A DNA stretch of 50,736 nt, the filler included, from Bipalium vagum (Eukaryota): NCBI GenBank assembly GCA_037834085.1. It is 3 parts of 3 records of this genome, joined end to end, with 100 filler letters (N's around TTAATTAATTAA, not from the genome) between each part and the next. Parts side by side here need not be neighbours in the genome. Positions count along the whole stretch, not along the records: positions 16,601 to 34,166 come from JBBMKC010061007.1; positions 34,267 to 50,736 come from JBBMKC010109930.1; 1 more part is not named here. One strand, written 5' to 3'. Below, piece after piece: positions 24,146 through 35,529 of the stretch (the stretch's first letter is position 1; each line of letters opens with the position of its first letter). Below the pieces are notes generated by a model. The model was not told where the DNA came from, did not search any database, and saw only the letters and a program-made list of their open reading frames with translations. The translations under genes and the position numbers were made by a program.

Positions 24146-27100
24146 TTACGTTTTGATATTAATAAGTTGGTGAAAATGAAAATATATTAATATTTATTAA
24201 TCATATCCGACAGATTTAAAAAAAATTAAAAAAGACAAAAAATTATTTTATTAATTAAAATGTTTTCACATTAATTTAAAATATTTTTAATTTGCTTTAC
24301 AAAACGAACGTTTTGTAGTTTTATCCTAATCTTTCGGATAGAAAATGATGAAATTGTATAATTTTAATTTCTTTAACAAAAATTCAAATATTAAAAGTAG
24401 TAATTTTTATAATATTCATGTATTTATTTTAATTTTCAGAAATATCCATTAATATAATTTCTATTCGTTATTAATGTGAAAATTTTATAAAATCCATTAA
24501 GTGTCTATTTATTCAATAAAGTGTTATATGAACTTAATATTGATTGTTTGGTAATTTCTTTTGACTTTAAAAAAAATCATTTTTCTCTGAAGAAACATTT
24601 GTTTTCTCTTGTTTTTATACTTCCATAATACTCAACTTCCACTATTAACATATCTTTTCCAAAAATGTAGAAGGTCCACTCGAATTTCATAATTTATAGC
24701 CATTTTACTTAAGAGCTAGCATGAATATTAAAATAAATATCTATAAAGTTAACCTTACTATTTTATTAATCAATCTATGTTAATTTTCATTCAATAAATC
24801 AATAGTTTATTAATCCTTATTATAAAATTATTTAGCTTTAATGTGGAAATATCAAAAATGATCATTTTTATGGGACACAATAATACAATAGGAGATTATG
24901 ACAATGTACAGTTAGACATTCAACCAATTGCAGGATTACGAAACCCATATAGGTCATAACTAACAGTAGATTTTGAGACATGATTTATTTAATGTCAGCT
25001 TTTTATTTAACAGCAGTCAGCAGGAAATATAATCAGCAATCACGGCTTAGTTCAAAAGCTATCAAAGTATTAACAACAATGGTAATAAATACTTAACAAT
25101 AGCATCTACTTTTAAAAATTATAAATCAAACAATTGTGCTTATTCAAGCAAATTACATGTTCTAGTTCCACGATTTTAATAAAATAATGTTTTAAAACAT
25201 TAAATTTTAATTTTAAAATAATTTTTCCATAATAAAACTTAAAAATTGTTGTTTTCATAAATATTCACATCGGTTACGTTAATTTTTTTTATTGAAGGGA
25301 CAAGAGACCTAAAGGTTTTTATCCCAAAATTTTCAACATGTATTTCATTTGCTGTTCGATTTTCCATCTCATTTCTCTCTTTTTATTTCTATTATTTTTT
25401 CTTCACCCTTCCTTCTAATTGGTTAATAATGGGTATTTTTTCATTCAAGATGATTCTTCTAATACTGCAAACATATATACGTATTTATGTATTCAAAGGG
25501 ATCCATCATTTGAATTATCACAAATTTAATATTTCTGGCGACTATCACTGCCTTTCGTAATTCTTTTTCCTACCTCATTCCAATTTCTCTTGTTCTTCAT
25601 GTCCTTTATATAATATATGGTTACTTCTGCTGCTGCATACACCAAGGATTACTGTTTTTTCTTAATCATTTCAAAAAGTAACCATTAAAATTTTCCTTTT
25701 AAAATTTTAACCACGTTATTTCCCCTCAGAAATTAGAGTTGACTTCATCTTCTGTATTCTATAGAATCATTTTATTCACGTATCTACAAGTACTCCTTAC
25801 ATTAAGAAACCCTAATATCTTTATTTTTACATCACATAAATTAATAAAAAAAGATTTTTCTTTGTTCTTCCCATAACTTTATTAGTACTCTTACTTTTTT
25901 GAACATGTAACAAAACATTTTTAGAAAGTAAAATGCCTTGATTTTACCACTTCTTATTCTTTTCAAAAGATTGTTATTGTTTTTTCAAAACCAAGTAAGT
26001 CATTGTGTTTCTTAGGACAGTTCTTCTTCTGCTTAGAACGCTGGTTTGTTACGGTAACTATGTTAAAATAACTGGATCATACCTATTGTTTGAATCTGTT
26101 ATACTGGAACGCAACTACTTTTAAATTAGAAATTATATTTAAAATATTCTTCTTTGAAAACCCTTTCGCTTCGACTTAAATCGTTTACTAAAATCTAACA
26201 TCTTTCTTTTCTTCTTTCAAGACGATATTCAAAAGTGTATTTCAATTATTATTAATCCTTTCACTAACGGTATAGTATCAACCATACCATAACCATCTTT
26301 TTTTGTAACAATTTTAAATTATTGTATTGCCTTTCCTTAAAGTTGCAAAGGAATCTTCAAGCTTTCACAACAATTGAAAGACTGGTTATTTCAGTTTCAT
26401 GTTCCATCAATTTCATTCAATCAATATTCCACGAATCTAACAACAATTTTCAATTGCCTTCATTTAATTATTCTTCCGGTTTCTCGTTTCTCTCCCTTGG
26501 TAATATGATCTTTTTTCGTTCTTTATGACTTAGGATTTTTCTAAATTTTTCTAAAACACTACGTATATTTTATTTGACCAGTTCCTGCTTATATTCTCTT
26601 TACCGTTCCAACTGTCGCAGAACACCTCCTAAAATGTCTTATCTTCCCGTTTTCCCTTGAGAGAGAATTAGATTTTGCGAGTGGTCCTTATATTCTCTCT
26701 TCTAAGCCCTTTTTACCTCTGTGATTTCGGATGGCTCCCACCTCTCAACACTTCTGGAAGCTCCAGAATTTCAGAAAAAACAGAAGTTAGAAAGATATTT
26801 CTTATCAGTTGAAAAAATACCATACTTCACTTGTTTCGTTATCTATACTGGTGGCTATGTTACCAGGCACAACTGTTCAGACAGAAAATGCAAATATTCT
26901 ATTCATTCAACAAGTATAAATATATAAAAAGATTCGAAATCGGTTCCGTTATTTAAATGTAATATTTTAAATTATTAAAATAATTTTTCTGTTTCTTACT
27001 ATTAAAAATTCTCGTTTTTATAATCACCCAAATAATCATTATTATCATTGTTGTTATTTTATTATTATTATTGATTAAAACAAAAAAATGAAAAAGATAC

Positions 27101-27710
27101 TTTTGCTTTTATGTTTTTTCTGCTTTTATCATTTTCATATATATTTCTCCCATGGAAATTCCATAAAGAATTTCCCGAGTATGATAAAAGATATTCGTCG
27201 TTAAAGAAGACATGTGAATATATATATGGTATTCCATATATGAAATCTTGCAAGGTATGATTTTGGTTGATGTCGATGAAATATGAAATATTTCATTACA
27301 ATTGAAAAAAGGAGATAACAATGAAGACAAGAAATACAATTGTCTTCATAGTGAATTATCATTATTATTATATTATGTATAATACAACGGTGTACATCTC
27401 GGCGTAATATATGAAAATATTGATCTCTCTGAAATCTTTCTGAGAGACATCTGTCACAAATCACTATTGTTTTTGGTTCCTTTGGCTCTGAAACAAAACG
27501 ATAAAGACTTTTAACCATTGATCACCATGCTGGCATTAAAAAATAAAATCTAAAGTTATAGAAATTATGATAGTCTCGTTGATGGATGTGTCTATACATT
27601 TGAAAGGTTAACATTTGTCTTATCATTGGCTGATCTTTAAAACAATAATATGTTTAGTTTTATTACAATTCTCAAGCTAAAAGTTTCGCGTCTAACATTG
27701 ACAATTCACG

Positions 27711-29129
27711 ATGAAATCGTTGGATAAATGTCTTATAGCTTTTGTATCCAGCTTGAGCTTTTTTATGACCGGCATCATGGAGACGAGTCTGGTCACAATT
27801 TTGCCAAAGTACCTCAGCAAAAATCAATCCAATGAGAAGAATTTCACCAATATCTTCAATTTGTCGGACAACTCAACTCAAAGATGCTTCTATAGACCCC
27901 AGTATGTTATCATAAGTATGATCTTCATGTCAAAGGGTATCATGCAATTCATTTTCAACTCTATCATTGGAGAGGTTGTTGAAAAAATGGACAAATGCTT
28001 AGTACTATTAATTTCTCAAGCCTTAGGCGTTATTATATCTATAATTTATGGATTCAGTAATTCTATTTTTCTTTATGTTGTCGGTAGGCTAATTGATGGG
28101 TTATTGAACAGTTCAACGTTTATATCAGTAACAGCCCTGGTGGCAACCCTTTTTAAGAATGTTAACGTCAGAGGTTATTATTATGGGTTAGCAAATACTT
28201 TATTTTTCGTTAGCCATTCCTTAGCTCCACTCTACGGAGCTGAGGTGGATACGTTTATTGGGAAATCGGCCGTCTTTTTATTACTTATTCCTTTGTGGTG
28301 TGTGTTGTCAGTTTCCACCATTCTTTTACGTTTTAGAATTAAAAGCAAAAAGGAAAGGTCGAGAAAAAGTATACCAGATAATGTTCTACTTGAGGTAGAC
28401 GAAATATGTTTAGATAACGTTAAAGAACAACATAAGGGAACAGTTGAAGCACCTAATTCAACTATTAATTTGGAAACCAGAGACTTAGCAGCTGGGGAAA
28501 AGAAAGTAAAAAGCACCAAACAAAAACTACTGAACTTCTTAGTCACCTCTTACAAGATGTTGAAAGACCCAAATATCTTTGCATGTCTATTTCAAGTCTT
28601 TCTCATTAATATTACTTTGATCTCATTATCAGCAAATCTGCCGTCTTGGATGGCCTTCGCATTGTGCGCAACAGAGGTTCAACAGGGTATGGTTTGGACA
28701 TTTGGGTTCTGTGGTTATTTGATTAGTGTTTTCATGATAGTAATCATTGTGACTTATGTGCCCAAACTCAAATTATTTTCCCCCATGTTCGGCCATATTG
28801 TTGCTGGAATTCTTTGGATATTGTTGCCATTTTCCAAAGATTGGAAATTCATATTTGTTCCTATTGTTGGAATGTACTTCAGCCTTGGAATTGTTCAACA
28901 ATTTAACATTCCCCTGATCACAGATTTAGCTGATCTCAGATTTCAATCAAACCATGGAATAATGACTTCGGTATTGCAACAGGCACTGACATTTAGTGGA
29001 ATAATTGGAACGTTTTGCAGTGGGTACATTGCCCATCTATTCGGGTTCCGTTCTTTTTCCATTTCTATTGCTATCATCATTTTACTTTGTACTCCAATCT
29101 CATTGGTCCATAGAAAGATATTAAATTAG
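27711..29129 (+). CDS. Intronless MFS transporter, divergent SLC18 (vesicular acetylcholine/monoamine transporter-like), 472 aa
   Basis: About 12 hydrophobic segments and a glycosylated loop after TM1 (NQS, NFT, NLS, NST). Motifs align with SLC18: FMSKGIMQF (FASKAxxQL), LKDPNI (LxDPYI), WM...CATEVQQGMVW, LADLR (LVDxR). Confidence 0.88.
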   Translation: MKSLDKCLIAFVSSLSFFMTGIMETSLVTILPKYLSKNQSNEKNFTNIFNLSDNSTQRCFYRPQYVIISMIFMSKGIMQFIFNSIIGEVVEKMDKCLVLLISQALGVIISIIYGFSNSIFLYVVGRLIDGLLNSSTFISVTALVATLFKNVNVRGYYYGLANTLFFVSHSLAPLYGAEVDTFIGKSAVFLLLIPLWCVLSVSTILLRFRIKSKKERSRKSIPDNVLLEVDEICLDNVKEQHKGTVEAPNSTINLETRDLAAGEKKVKSTKQKLLNFLVTSYKMLKDPNIFACLFQVFLINITLISLSANLPSWMAFALCATEVQQGMVWTFGFCGYLISVFMIVIIVTYVPKLKLFSPMFGHIVAGILWILLPFSKDWKFIFVPIVGMYFSLGIVQQFNIPLITDLADLRFQSNHGIMTSVLQQALTFSGIIGTFCSGYIAHLFGFRSFSISIAIIILLCTPISLVHRKILN

Positions 29130-29960
29130 ATTAATTAATATTAATATTTTTAATTATTTATTTTAAAAATAATGGTCCATGTAGATAATTATTTATTTAA
29201 TAATTGAAATAGAATTTTTTACTTTACCTTTCACTTGTTTTATTGCTCATAAATCAAAAAAATATAAAATAATAAAAAAATATTAAATAATCATAATATT
29301 ATAAAACTAATTATAAAAAAAAACTAATAAAAAAATAAATAAAATAAAAAATAATAAACTAAATAAAAAATAAAAGTAATATATTAAAAAATTATATTAA
29401 AAATTAAAATATATTAAAAATTTAGTGGAAAGATGGCAGAAGGTCATTCATAATAATGGTGAACATATCATTGATTAAAACTGTTTATCAATAAAATTTA
29501 TGGTTTTCATTTCTTCTTAAAAACGCACGAACTTAGTTGCCAACCCAATATATCCAGGTATTCAAAATTTTATTATTATTATTTTCACCATCATCATCAT
29601 TAGTTTAACTTTGTTTAATTTGATTGTATAAGACCGTATTTTTATTATCTTTACTCTTTTTTAATAGCATTATAATATTATTAGTATAAGTATTAATAAA
29701 ACTTCTGCATGAGCACATAGATATATATAATTAAAATAAATTCTATTTTTCATCAAGTAGTCAGCACAAGCTAACATTTAATGCAAGAAACATAATCATA
29801 ATTTTTATATGTATCAATAAAGTTTTTTGTAATAAATACTCAAAGAAAAGGTGATAGAAATTCTTTAATATTTTCTTTAATCGTATTTAATATGAGGTCT
29901 ATAAGTGGAAAAGGAATCTATTTTTAATATCATCACATATCAAAAGATTGATAAAATAAA

Positions 29961-30330
29961 TAAAGGGTCTTTCAACAGTGACATCCGTATGTTTCTTCTG
30001 AATAAAAACAGAAATAAGTTTGAATTTTTTGAAGTTACATTATTTTAGAAAAAATATGAAAAAATATAATTATATATAAAACAAAATGTCATTCAAATGT
30101 CTGCCACGATTTATCTGCAGATATCAACTCGAGAATCCAAAATTTCAATTATATTTAGACATGTTTCTGTTGTTATTTCACGAACTGCTTTATGAATATA
30201 TTCCTTTAGCTTTCTTTTTGGGCTGCTTGTGTAAACCTTACTTTTCACGAAACCTAGCATGAAGAAATCCAGGGGCATAATTAAGTTAAAAGATCTCGGA
30301 GGCCAATAATGTCTGGAAATCATGAAATTA
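29961..30330 (-). mobile_element. 3' end of a rosa/Tc1-like element
   Basis: WPPRSFNL...PLDFFMLGFVKSKVY motif. The terminus at 29961 matches the one at 1731. Confidence 0.8.
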
Positions 30331-30960
30331 CATGATCATAAAATTTTGATGTTCTCTCGCGTTGTCCGAAAGGTTGCAAATTATAAATCACAAAAAACAA
30401 ATTATAAACAAACACAACAGTTTTGAAAGATTTATCTTTTAATAAGCCAGGAATCAAACGTATTTATGTCTTCTAGTTTTTCAACGATTTACTAATTTCA
30501 TTAGTACCATTGGCAGAATTTATATAAAAAAATACTGGGTGATTATTTGATGGAAGGATTTATAGCATTCTTCTTTTGTCACAATTCTTGGCTCTATTTC
30601 TAATTGATCTTCAACATCACATTCCTTGTAATCAAAACTTTTAAGTTAGTAAAGAATTTTAAAAAGATATTTTTTAGATAGAAATTCGACTTCCGATCAT
30701 AAATTTAAAATATTACAATATCTTTTATTTAATAATTTCTAATTATTAACTGCATTACTTCTTATTTCCAATATAAGATGAAAAAAAATAATGGATCAGA
30801 GATAACCATTAGAAAAAAGATAGCATTAAAAATTTTATTATAATAAACGTTAATTAATTATTAGTAAAAAAAAACTCTCGAGTTTTCCTTTTTTAAATCA
30901 ACTAAATATTTATTTAAACACGTGTTTTCTCAGTGACATTTTTCAAATATCAAGGATAAG

Positions 30961-31402
30961 ATGAACGTTTTTAGATTAATTGGTGACATGTCTCATTTAG
31001 TAGCAATTATCATATTGCTGCTGAAAATATGGAAAACTAGATCTTGTTCAGGTGAAATCTTAATATTTTGGTTGACTTTTTACCTTAATTGCCTAATAGT
31101 TATCAATTATTAAATTATGTAATCTTAATGACATTAATATAGGGATATCTGGAAAAAGTCAAATCATGTTTGCTGTAGTATTTTCGTCTCGTTATTTGGA
31201 TTTGTTTACTTCCTTTGTGTCATTGTACAATTCCATAATGAAAGTCCTATTTCTGCTCGGTACATTCATAACGGTTTATTTGATGTGGTTCAAATTCAAA
31301 GCCACAAATGATCAAAATCATGATACTTTCCGTTTTGAATTTCTCCTTCTTCCATGTGCAATTTTGGCTGTGATTGTCAATCACGAATTTTCAATTTTTG
31401 AG
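30961..31402 (+). CDS. KDELR: ER lumen protein-retaining (KDEL) receptor, first two exons only (117 aa)
   Basis: Exon 30961-31051 [30 protein letters not shown](G). Exon 31143-31402 [21 protein letters not shown]...[13 protein letters not shown]...NHEFSIFE|gtaagg. The remaining exons were not found in the window. Confidence 0.95.
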
Positions 31403-32539
31403 GTAAGGTCTTTCTGATTTTCAATGTTTAAGTGATCTTGTGATCATTTATTTTTCTCGAATCTCATACCAATTTCACAAATTATATCTTTTAAAGTCTT
31501 CACATTTTTCGTCTTTATAATAAATAGTTGATTGAATTGAAGTTAAGACCTAATCATTAAGAACAAATCATTATCAATTATTAGTATTGATTATTTTCAA
31601 ATATTGAATTTTTTATGAATTATTCTTATTATTTTGTCAATATGGATGATCATTTGATAATTATTCATAATTCATAATTAATTATTGATTTTTATTATTT
31701 TTAATTTTAATCATTATTGATCTTGTATTGATTTATTATTATTTTCAGAGATGAATAAATCAATTTTAAAAATTGCATATTAAATCACATAACTATGGAA
31801 AATAAAAGGAAATTTGATGAAATTCATCTTTAAATGTTTTTGTCCAATATAAATTTTTGGTTGTTGTAATAAATTTTGAATTAATATTTTAAAACTACAT
31901 TGCCCTAAATGAAGACTACGTCATTGGGAAAAAGTTCGACATGTGGAATAATAAAAATAATGAAAGGAAGTAATTACTAAAGAATTATTTGATTTTAAAA
32001 GAAGGGGAAAAAATCAATATTGACTTTTAAGATATTTCTGAAAATAATTGTTTCATATCAAAATTTTTTAAAAATCAAATCGATTTCATTGAATTTTACT
32101 TATATCATTCAAACATCAGTTTTTCGGCTGAGAAGTGTTTAACGAATAACTGAAAATTAGGAAAACAAACTTTTTTAACAACAGAAAACTGGTTAGAAAT
32201 ACAATGGTGATAGTTACATTCGTAAATTGTACTGAACTGAAAACTGATATTAATTTAACAATCCAGTGAAACAAAATCAACGGATATATTCTGACAAGAT
32301 GACAAATCTGGTAACAATTGAAAGAACAGTTCTCAACTTGTGGACATGGTCCACAGGTATTGAATTTTCCAAGTAGACATCGAACAAAGTTAAAACATAT
32401 ATATATATATATTATTCAATAGAAAGAGAGTTCTTAAGCAAGTCCTTCAGCCACTCTTCTGATTTATTTGAATATCATTGACAAATTAGAAGAATGCCTG
32501 AATTTAACAAATACATCTTGCGACATCCAATTAACTGGT

Positions 32540-32943
32540 CACTGACTTTCTTGCTCGCACATATGTGGAAGTTTTGGATTGGCCAGAACAAAGGCCAGAC
32601 TTAAATCCCATTGATCATCTATGGAATATTCTCTTTAGAAAGGTAACAAGAAAGAAACTAAACAGTCTAGGGAAACTATTTTATGAGTTAATTAATGCTT
32701 GGCAGCTCATCACTCCAGAGGAAACCAGCAACTTGGTAGAGTCCATACAACGCCATGTACGGGAAGTTATTGCATCCAAAGGTCTGCAAACAAAATATTG
32801 ACGGTGCATGTGAAATTCCAGTTTTTATGTATACTAATATTAAATGTGTTTGAATATTTTTGTATCAAAAGAAATAAATATCAAGTTTTCTATTATTTTG
32901 TTATATTATTTGGGTGTGGTCATGAAATTTTTTCAACACTGTA
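32540..32943 (+). mobile_element. Tc1-like transposon 3' end
   Basis: VLDWPEQRPDLNPIDHLW...VIASKGLQTKY*, followed by a terminus ending ...tttcaacactg-TA. Confidence 0.88.
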
Positions 32944-34166
32944 TGTAGTTACTTGCATGAAATTATAGGAGTTGAATATTTCAGGTCGTGGTCTTAATTT
33001 AAACCCCAAGGGCTTCGATTAAATCGTCTCATGATATATGAAAAAACATATTATAAGAGAATTAAAAAATTTATAATAAAATGAGAGAAAGCACACTTGT
33101 AGAAAATAAAAATTTTAATGCTTATATTAAAATGCAACGGAGCTATTAAAAGCTTACTGTTAAATGGGGAGTAAAATTAAAAATCCTAAAAAAAGACATC
33201 TTTTTAAAAAATTTTAGAATTAGACTTGAAATTTAATACGGAAAAAAAGAAATATTGTTTAATTAATCATAATAATTATAAATTAACAAAATGACTTGAA
33301 AAAAGCTTAAACAACTAACGCTCAAGTAATTGTCAGTAGCAAATAAACTGAAAATGGATATCATGATTGGTCCTCATTGCTTGAAAGAATGAAGCAATAG
33401 AGATGAGCGTAAACTTAATTGACAATTTACTTTAACAGATTGTTGAAAAGAGAAAAACTAAAATACTTAAGTACTCCATATACTACCAAAGGTACGACGA
33501 TTTGCTAATGCGAATGATTTTGATATTTTATTTTGAATAAATATTTTCTTGTAAAATAAGGTGCAAGATCATTTCAGCTTTACTCTTCAAATCGTTGATC
33601 CAAATGGTCTTTATTTTGAGAATAATATTATTATTGAGTTTGTAAAGGCACAAAGCCTGAAGTTGATGATTAATAATAATATTATTACTAAAACAATATT
33701 AATTAAAAATTTTTATAAATATTAAAATATTATTAAAAGTAATATATCAAAATCTCGACGTAATGAACTATTAAATAAGGAATTATGTCTAGGAAATTAA
33801 TTAATTAGGAATTATTAAGGAAATTTTTTAAGACTAACTTTATCTGAAATACAAATAATTTTTTCTATTAGTTAAGTTAGATTATACAACTTTCAAATCT
33901 TTATTTTTTTAATAAAAAATTATTGATTTATTTTAAATATAAATCTAATTACTTAATTATTGATTTAAATAAAATTTTAGATTATATAATATTTAATAGG
34001 AAGCATTTTTAAATATATATATATATTTAGTCTTGTGAACAATATTCTTTTATTTTTTAAATAAACGCCATTTAACGAATTTTTACGAAAATATTTTATT
34101 CAATAAACTAGTATCTTGAAACATGTTTCGATCTTTTCATTCAGATCTTCTTCAGTCAATTTTAAC

Positions 34167-34266
34167 NNNNNNNNNNNNNNNNNNNNNNNNNNNNNNNNNN
34201 NNNNNNNNNNTTAATTAATTAANNNNNNNNNNNNNNNNNNNNNNNNNNNNNNNNNNNNNNNNNNNN
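34167..34266. other. Artificial 100-bp scaffold spacer (44 N + TTAATTAATTAA + 44 N), followed by (TAA)n to ~34341
   Basis: Same construct as 16501-16600. Confidence 0.95.
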
Positions 34267-34342
<76 letters not shown>

Positions 34343-34992
34343 GTTAAATGATTTCAAAAGGTTTAAGAACGTAATTATTGCATGATTGATTTCATTTTTA
34401 AAAATTTTTGCTGTTGTAGTCGTTCGTTTTAGATATTTACCTGTGGATCTTGACATTTCTAATCAGTTTACATTGTTTAAACATCACATTTGCATGAAAT
34501 ATTATTTTGTTAATTTTTTGTAAAGGGCTGTAACATTTCATTTGGCTTGATTATATTAGGCTGAAATCTGTCTTACTAACTCACCTTTAAATTAAAACTG
34601 TTTATGATTAATAATTATGATTATAATCATTATTATATTATTTTTATTTATATTATTGTTGATTATGTAATTCTTATTATCATCATCAATATTATTGTTT
34701 TGATAGAACTAAAAGCAATGTGAATTCGATTTTTGTTTTAGCCCGAGTAAAAAAGGACATTCTGGTGCTCCATTCACGGTGGCTTCTTATATGAAATGGG
34801 TATCATTTTTATGAAATTTGGACCTTGATAATATAACAGAATTAGAAATAAATAATTGACAATCTTCTATTTTTCCTTTTCTCTGTATAATATGATTTGG
34901 TGAATAAATAAATGATGAACGTTTACTGATTTTTTATCCCTTTTTTGTAAAGTTAATAACTCTCCCAAATTAAACTGGTATATAATTCACAG

Positions 34993-35529
34993 CTGTCGGA
35001 TCAGGAGGAGGAGTATATGAATGATCGCGGAGATGACCTTGATGAAGTAAATTACCCAATGAGCAATACACCTAGTACCAGTTTTGCTATTCCAAATAAA
35101 GTAAGAATAAAAAAACCTGTCAGTACTAATGTTAAACGAAATTGGTGTACATTCGAAGACAAAAATGAAACGGGAAATGAAAGTCAACTGACAAATGATC
35201 AACTGACAGGTATGAGATTTTTCCATTAAATTTCCATTCTTTGGTTTGGGCAGGGTATTTTCTCGACGAATTATCGCGCGATATTACATTGTCTTGCGAC
35301 TTAATCGATCCTAATAACCCCGGTCTGTATGAAGAAGAAATCGATGGTCCAGAGCTGGCCAGGCTCATTCGTCGAATGAGACCGCGAGATTTGTTTTTGA
35401 CTGCTGAGAATGGCGACATATTGGCATCCGCACATTCCACCATTCTTGTTGGCAAGACAACCACTTTGCCGGAGAATGATTCTACTATTACAAACATGTA
35501 CAATAAAATACACGAAAATTTAATGAAAG
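34993..35529 (+). CDS. Two internal coding exons, possibly the upstream part of the Gadkin-like gene
   Basis: cag|34993-35209|gtatga, a 44-nt phase-1 intron, then cag|35254 to ~35529 or 35537. Acidic sequence LSDQEEEYMNDRGDDLDE...NWCTFEDK...GYFLDELSRD; GC-richer than the flanks. Confidence 0.6.

Noticed and set aside
25290-26560. Possible LTR integrase remnant on the minus strand
   Set aside because: Only faint fragments; no motif could be read confidently.
27321-27349. 10-bp hairpin atgaagacaa...ttgtcttcat
   Set aside because: Short, isolated and compatible with chance; no RNA gene features.
27711-29129. Cholinergic locus (VAChT nested in ChAT intron 1)
   Set aside because: No choline acetyltransferase exons are visible; the next same-strand gene is KDELR, and the transporter lacks VAChT key residues.
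1731-30330. Matching termini at 1731 and 29961 as ends of one giant composite transposon
   Set aside because: They are in direct rather than inverted orientation (5' end of a plus copy, 3' end of a minus copy) and are separated by an artificial join.
31402-34993. KDELR-Gadkin fusion (phase-0 donor at 31402 fits the phase-0 acceptor at 34993)
   Set aside because: The join crosses an artificial spacer of unknown size, and phase compatibility is expected by chance one time in three.
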